Shown piece by piece: positions 60,390-64,000 of a stretch of DNA of 64,000 nt. Numbering within the stretch: the stretch's first letter is position 1; each line of letters starts with the position of its first letter. The notes under the pieces are model-generated. The model searched no databases, was not told where the DNA came from, and saw nothing but the letters and a program-made list of their open reading frames with translations. Source of the DNA: Haliotis cracherodii (Eukaryota). Location of the stretch: NCBI RefSeq assembly GCF_022045235.1, contig NW_027266308.1, positions 70,060,001 through 70,124,000 on the forward strand, in the 5' to 3' direction. The translations under genes were made by a program, and so were the position numbers.

Positions 60390-62294
60390 CCGACTCATTG
60401 TCTGTGTAAAAAGGTAGTAGATAACAACATAACTCATATCAGAACGCACAATTGTTAACCACACAGTTTAAATGGATAGAGAATTGCTACATGAATATGT
60501 ATATTCCTGCCTGAGCCTATACTATAATTGGATATCTAGTCTCTCCTTGCGGGAAAGTTAAACTTTATTTTACAAGCACTACAATACTATGAACAAAATG
60601 AAAATATGAACAGTGACTATCTGTATTCTTTGAATCTTGCTTATTTATTACACTACAAGAAAATATGCAAGCTAAACGAGAAAAAATTACGTGTGTATTT
60701 TGTAACATATTTATCTACTGCAAGATGTTTAAAAAATATAATCATAAGAGGCAAAATAGCGGTGAGAATTACAGGATCACTAAATATCTACAAAAACCGT
60801 TTTAATGTACGGTATTATGGGAAATATCGCTTTCTCGCTCTATCGCTTTCTCGCTCTATCGCTTTCTCGCTTTCTCGCTTTATCGCTTTCTCGCTCTATC
60901 GCTTTATCGCTCTATCGCTTTATCGCTTTCTTGCTCTATCGCTTTCTGGCTCTATCGCTCTATCGCTTTCTCGCGGTATAGCAGTATTCCCTCTTGTGGG
61001 TTTTAATCATAAAAGAGAGCTGAGATTTTTCCAGTCGCATTTCAAATTATACATATGGACGGAATGTTGAAATTTTCTCACTAACTACTGAAATATAATT
61101 TAACAGTACAGACATATGTGCTTTTATAACTATCCACGTATTTCTGCGTAAAAAAGAATTTGATTGATTTATGACCCTATTTAGCTATTGGATCCCCCGC
61201 CCCCAGGCCAAGTTATCACAACAAATAGCAAATAACACCGCTCAATAGCCCTGAGTAGTACGTACTTCCTAAAAAGCAATAGTGTTTTCCTAAAAACAAC
61301 GCTTATATCAACGTTTATTCTGTTTGCGGAGTAGATGTCATCAAAGTGGAAGTCCTCACCCAAGCAATGGTTAATACTACCGGATGTCCTTTATGTAATT
61401 TCTAGTTTTTGGATGACATATTGTTCTCAGTAACCGTAAGGTGGAAATAGATAGTTGATTGGTTTTATATTCAAGTTGGTATTTCCGCTATTCAAAGTGT
61501 TCAGTGAGGTCGTCTTATCAACAGTCATTTCTGAGACATAAATGCAAAGTATAATTACCTTATTCGAAAGTAATAAGCGCCCCGCTCTAATCAACGCCCA
61601 TGGCGATATTTGCTAAAATATTGGCTAGTGAACAATCCCAATTAGCACCCCTTGCGATTGATTAATCTACACCAGACTTATTTATTCGCGTATAATACGC
61701 ACTCGTGCGTTATATGCACACTTAATTATGGGCAATTAAATTCGGGAAAAATATATCTGTCGTACATAAACATTTCAGGCTGTCAGCATAAACCACGAAA
61801 TTTATCTTTCAACTCAACTTTTTTTTTTCGCCAAAATATTATTCTTGAGAGCGCCCTGGGCACTTATTACGTCGAATACGGTAATTATGTCTACGCTAAT
61901 TTTTTTGCATTTACAGCACATACTATTCAAAAGAAGTTAAAGAACACCCGATTCCTTCATATGACTATGGTTAGTCATTAGAAGAAGCAATAGGGCGAGA
62001 AAGCGATAGAGCGAGAAAGCGAGAAAGCGATAGAGCGAGAAAGCGATAGAGCGAGAAAGCGATAAAGCGAGAAAGCGAGAAAGCGATAGAGCGAGAAAGC
62101 GATAAAGCGATAGAGCGAGAAAGCGATAAAGCGAGAAAGCGATAAAGCGAGAAAGCGATGTCCCCTCTCGGCCACCATAGAAGTGTAGTAGCCACGAGTA
62201 TGCGTGTCGTGGGTTATAGCTAAAACGGCACCGATTGGCGAAAACGTCACCTCGCCGCAAGCGAAAACGGCACCCTATTTTTTTTTTACCTTGG

Positions 62295-62705
62295 TAAAAT
62301 AAATGAAATTAGACTTACATGGTCGCTTGCAAACACCAATAATTGTGAAATGTTAAAACAAGTTTACATTAGAACTTAGCCTCTACTCCAACTATATTCC
62401 AACTTAGCCTATACCCAACTCAACTTATTGTGAAAACATAATATGTCTTGAAGTAAAATAAATGAAATTAAACTCACATCGTATCTTACAAACACCAATA
62501 ATAGTGAAATGTTAAAACAAGTTTACATTATAAATTAGCCCCCTACTCCAATTTACTCGCCGACTCTGATTGGGAGGCGCAACTAACTTATTGTGAAAAC
62601 ATTATATGTCTTGAAGTAAAATAAATGAAATTAAACTCACATCGTCTCTTACAAACACTAATAATTGTAAAAAGTTCAAACAAGTTTACATTAGAAATAA
62701 GCCCC
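62295..62705. repeat. ~160-bp tandem repeat, ~2.5 copies
   Basis: aaaataaatgaaatta...acaagtttacatta near 62296, 62455 and 62618. Confidence 0.8.
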
Positions 62706-63127
62706 CCGAGTCAGCTACTATTACAATGCTGGGTGGTACATGGGCCGATATTGTAAACTGTGATGAAGATGAAAACTGTGAAGAACTGTATATGTGTGAA
62801 TGTATGTAGTTATCTGTGAACAACTGGAAAACAGGAAACAACATGTAACACGTGCATCAAACGTTTTGTGAGATTAAAGGGACTTTCATTTTTATGTTGT
62901 TTCTTTTTACAATATCTCATGTCTTGCGTTGTGTCACAAACGCGGTGTATTCCAGTTCGTAGTAGCGACCAACATCTCCTGTTTCCAATATAAGGTTTGT
63001 TCTCCGATGTCACCAGTGAGATAGACATGGAGTCTGGCATATATACCTGAAGGTTGTTCTTATGCATACATCTTTCACAATCTGACGTGTTTCTGTCCTG
63101 TGACTTGCTGACAATTAGCTTCTATTC

Positions 63128-63258
63128 TGAGTGAGTGAGTATGGGTTTACGTCGCTTTTAGCAATATTCCAGCAATATCACATTGTACCCATTTTGGGAA
63201 TCAAACCCGGGTCTTCGGCGTGAGGAGCAGACGCCTTAACCACTAGGCTACTCCACCG
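63128..63258 (-). mobile_element. tRNA-derived SINE
   Basis: Same family as 59987-60152. Confidence 0.8.
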
Positions 63259-64000
63259 GAGCAAACAGGATTCCATGGAGTGGACACATTTCGCTTTCTT
63301 CCCAAATCAAGAGGTTTAGAGCAACCAGACCCACTATAAGAATGCCATGACCGCATTCCTTGGGGACGTAATACCAAACACATGATACAATTAGTTATCG
63401 AACTACTATGACTGGTGATTATTATGTAACACACATATATAGCGTCGAGGCAAACTTCGACATGTTCTCCTCGGTCAAGACATTGATCCAGTTCACACAA
63501 ATCATGTTCCAATGTCTGCTGAACAGGAAGGTGGCTTCCACTCCATTCACTCACCAGATCTGACTGGCTCCCTGTGACCAACTGTTTTTAAATTTGCAGA
63601 AATACTTGCGTGGACGTGGTCAGAGATTGAACAAGGACCAAGAGTTGGTGGGTGCCGCGGAGAGCTGGTTGGCCGGGAGTTGATCTTCTACAAAGAAGGA
63701 CATCTGACCGGGTGGAGAGCCGGAGCATGTGTATTGAACTGCATGGAGACAATGTTGACAAAAAATTGAAATATAAGACACAATTTCTATGTTCAATGTA
63801 TGCGTAGGGCCAAAACAGTTTGATACTACGTCGCATAGGTGAAACATCCGGCAAGCGGACAGGGCCACACATGCAGGGTTAAAAGTCGAATAAAATATGT
63901 TCATGAATGTTTTAGAAGAAAAAAAGATTACAAACAGGATATATTTTCAAAGATATATTTCTCCATAAGTGGCGATGGGGTGCACTCTGGCCTCTTGATT

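Larger units (their letters stand above)
59398..62179. mobile_element. IS3EU-like non-autonomous DNA transposon
   Basis: TIR tatggtggccgagaggggacatcgctttctcgc at both ends; 6-bp TSD gaagtg (59392-59397, 62180-62185); subterminal tcgcttt/tcgctcta arrays. Confidence 0.75.

Noticed and set aside
62940-63730. Exon-like minus-strand segments (donor ctg|gtgagt near 63555, QTLEHDLCELDQCLDRGEHVE)
   Set aside because: No recognisable protein and no consistent spliced frame could be built within the window.

Overview
This is eukaryotic (animal, probably mollusc/gastropod; taxon is inferred) genomic DNA, not prokaryotic. Most long ORFs in the track are translations of tandem repeats. Two complete, convergent, spliced housekeeping genes were reconstructed by hand with consistent GT-AG phases: GFM2 (mitochondrial EF-G2/ribosome-recycling factor; + strand, 9 exons, 16002-34417, ~768 aa) and NRDE2 (- strand, 10 exons, 58929-35192, ~1160 aa). 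There is also a CD225/dispanin-like terminal exon (~5936-6413) and a violaxanthin de-epoxidase-like (VDE/VDL) lipocalin gene with an intronless CDS and a signal peptide (11098-10286), a family known from plants and algae and the most surprising gene here. Mobile DNA includes two decayed Tc1 elements, a 7.1-kb decayed Academ-type transposon in GFM2 intron 7 with three nested sequences, Harbinger-, hAT- and IS3EU-like non-autonomous elements, Helentron/CvA-like elements, LINE remnants and SINEs. The second notable pattern is that several minisatellites are built from the genes' own splice junctions: a 3' splice site copied ~57 times, 5' splice sites copied ~85, ~10 and 2 times, and a stop-codon region copied ~7 times.
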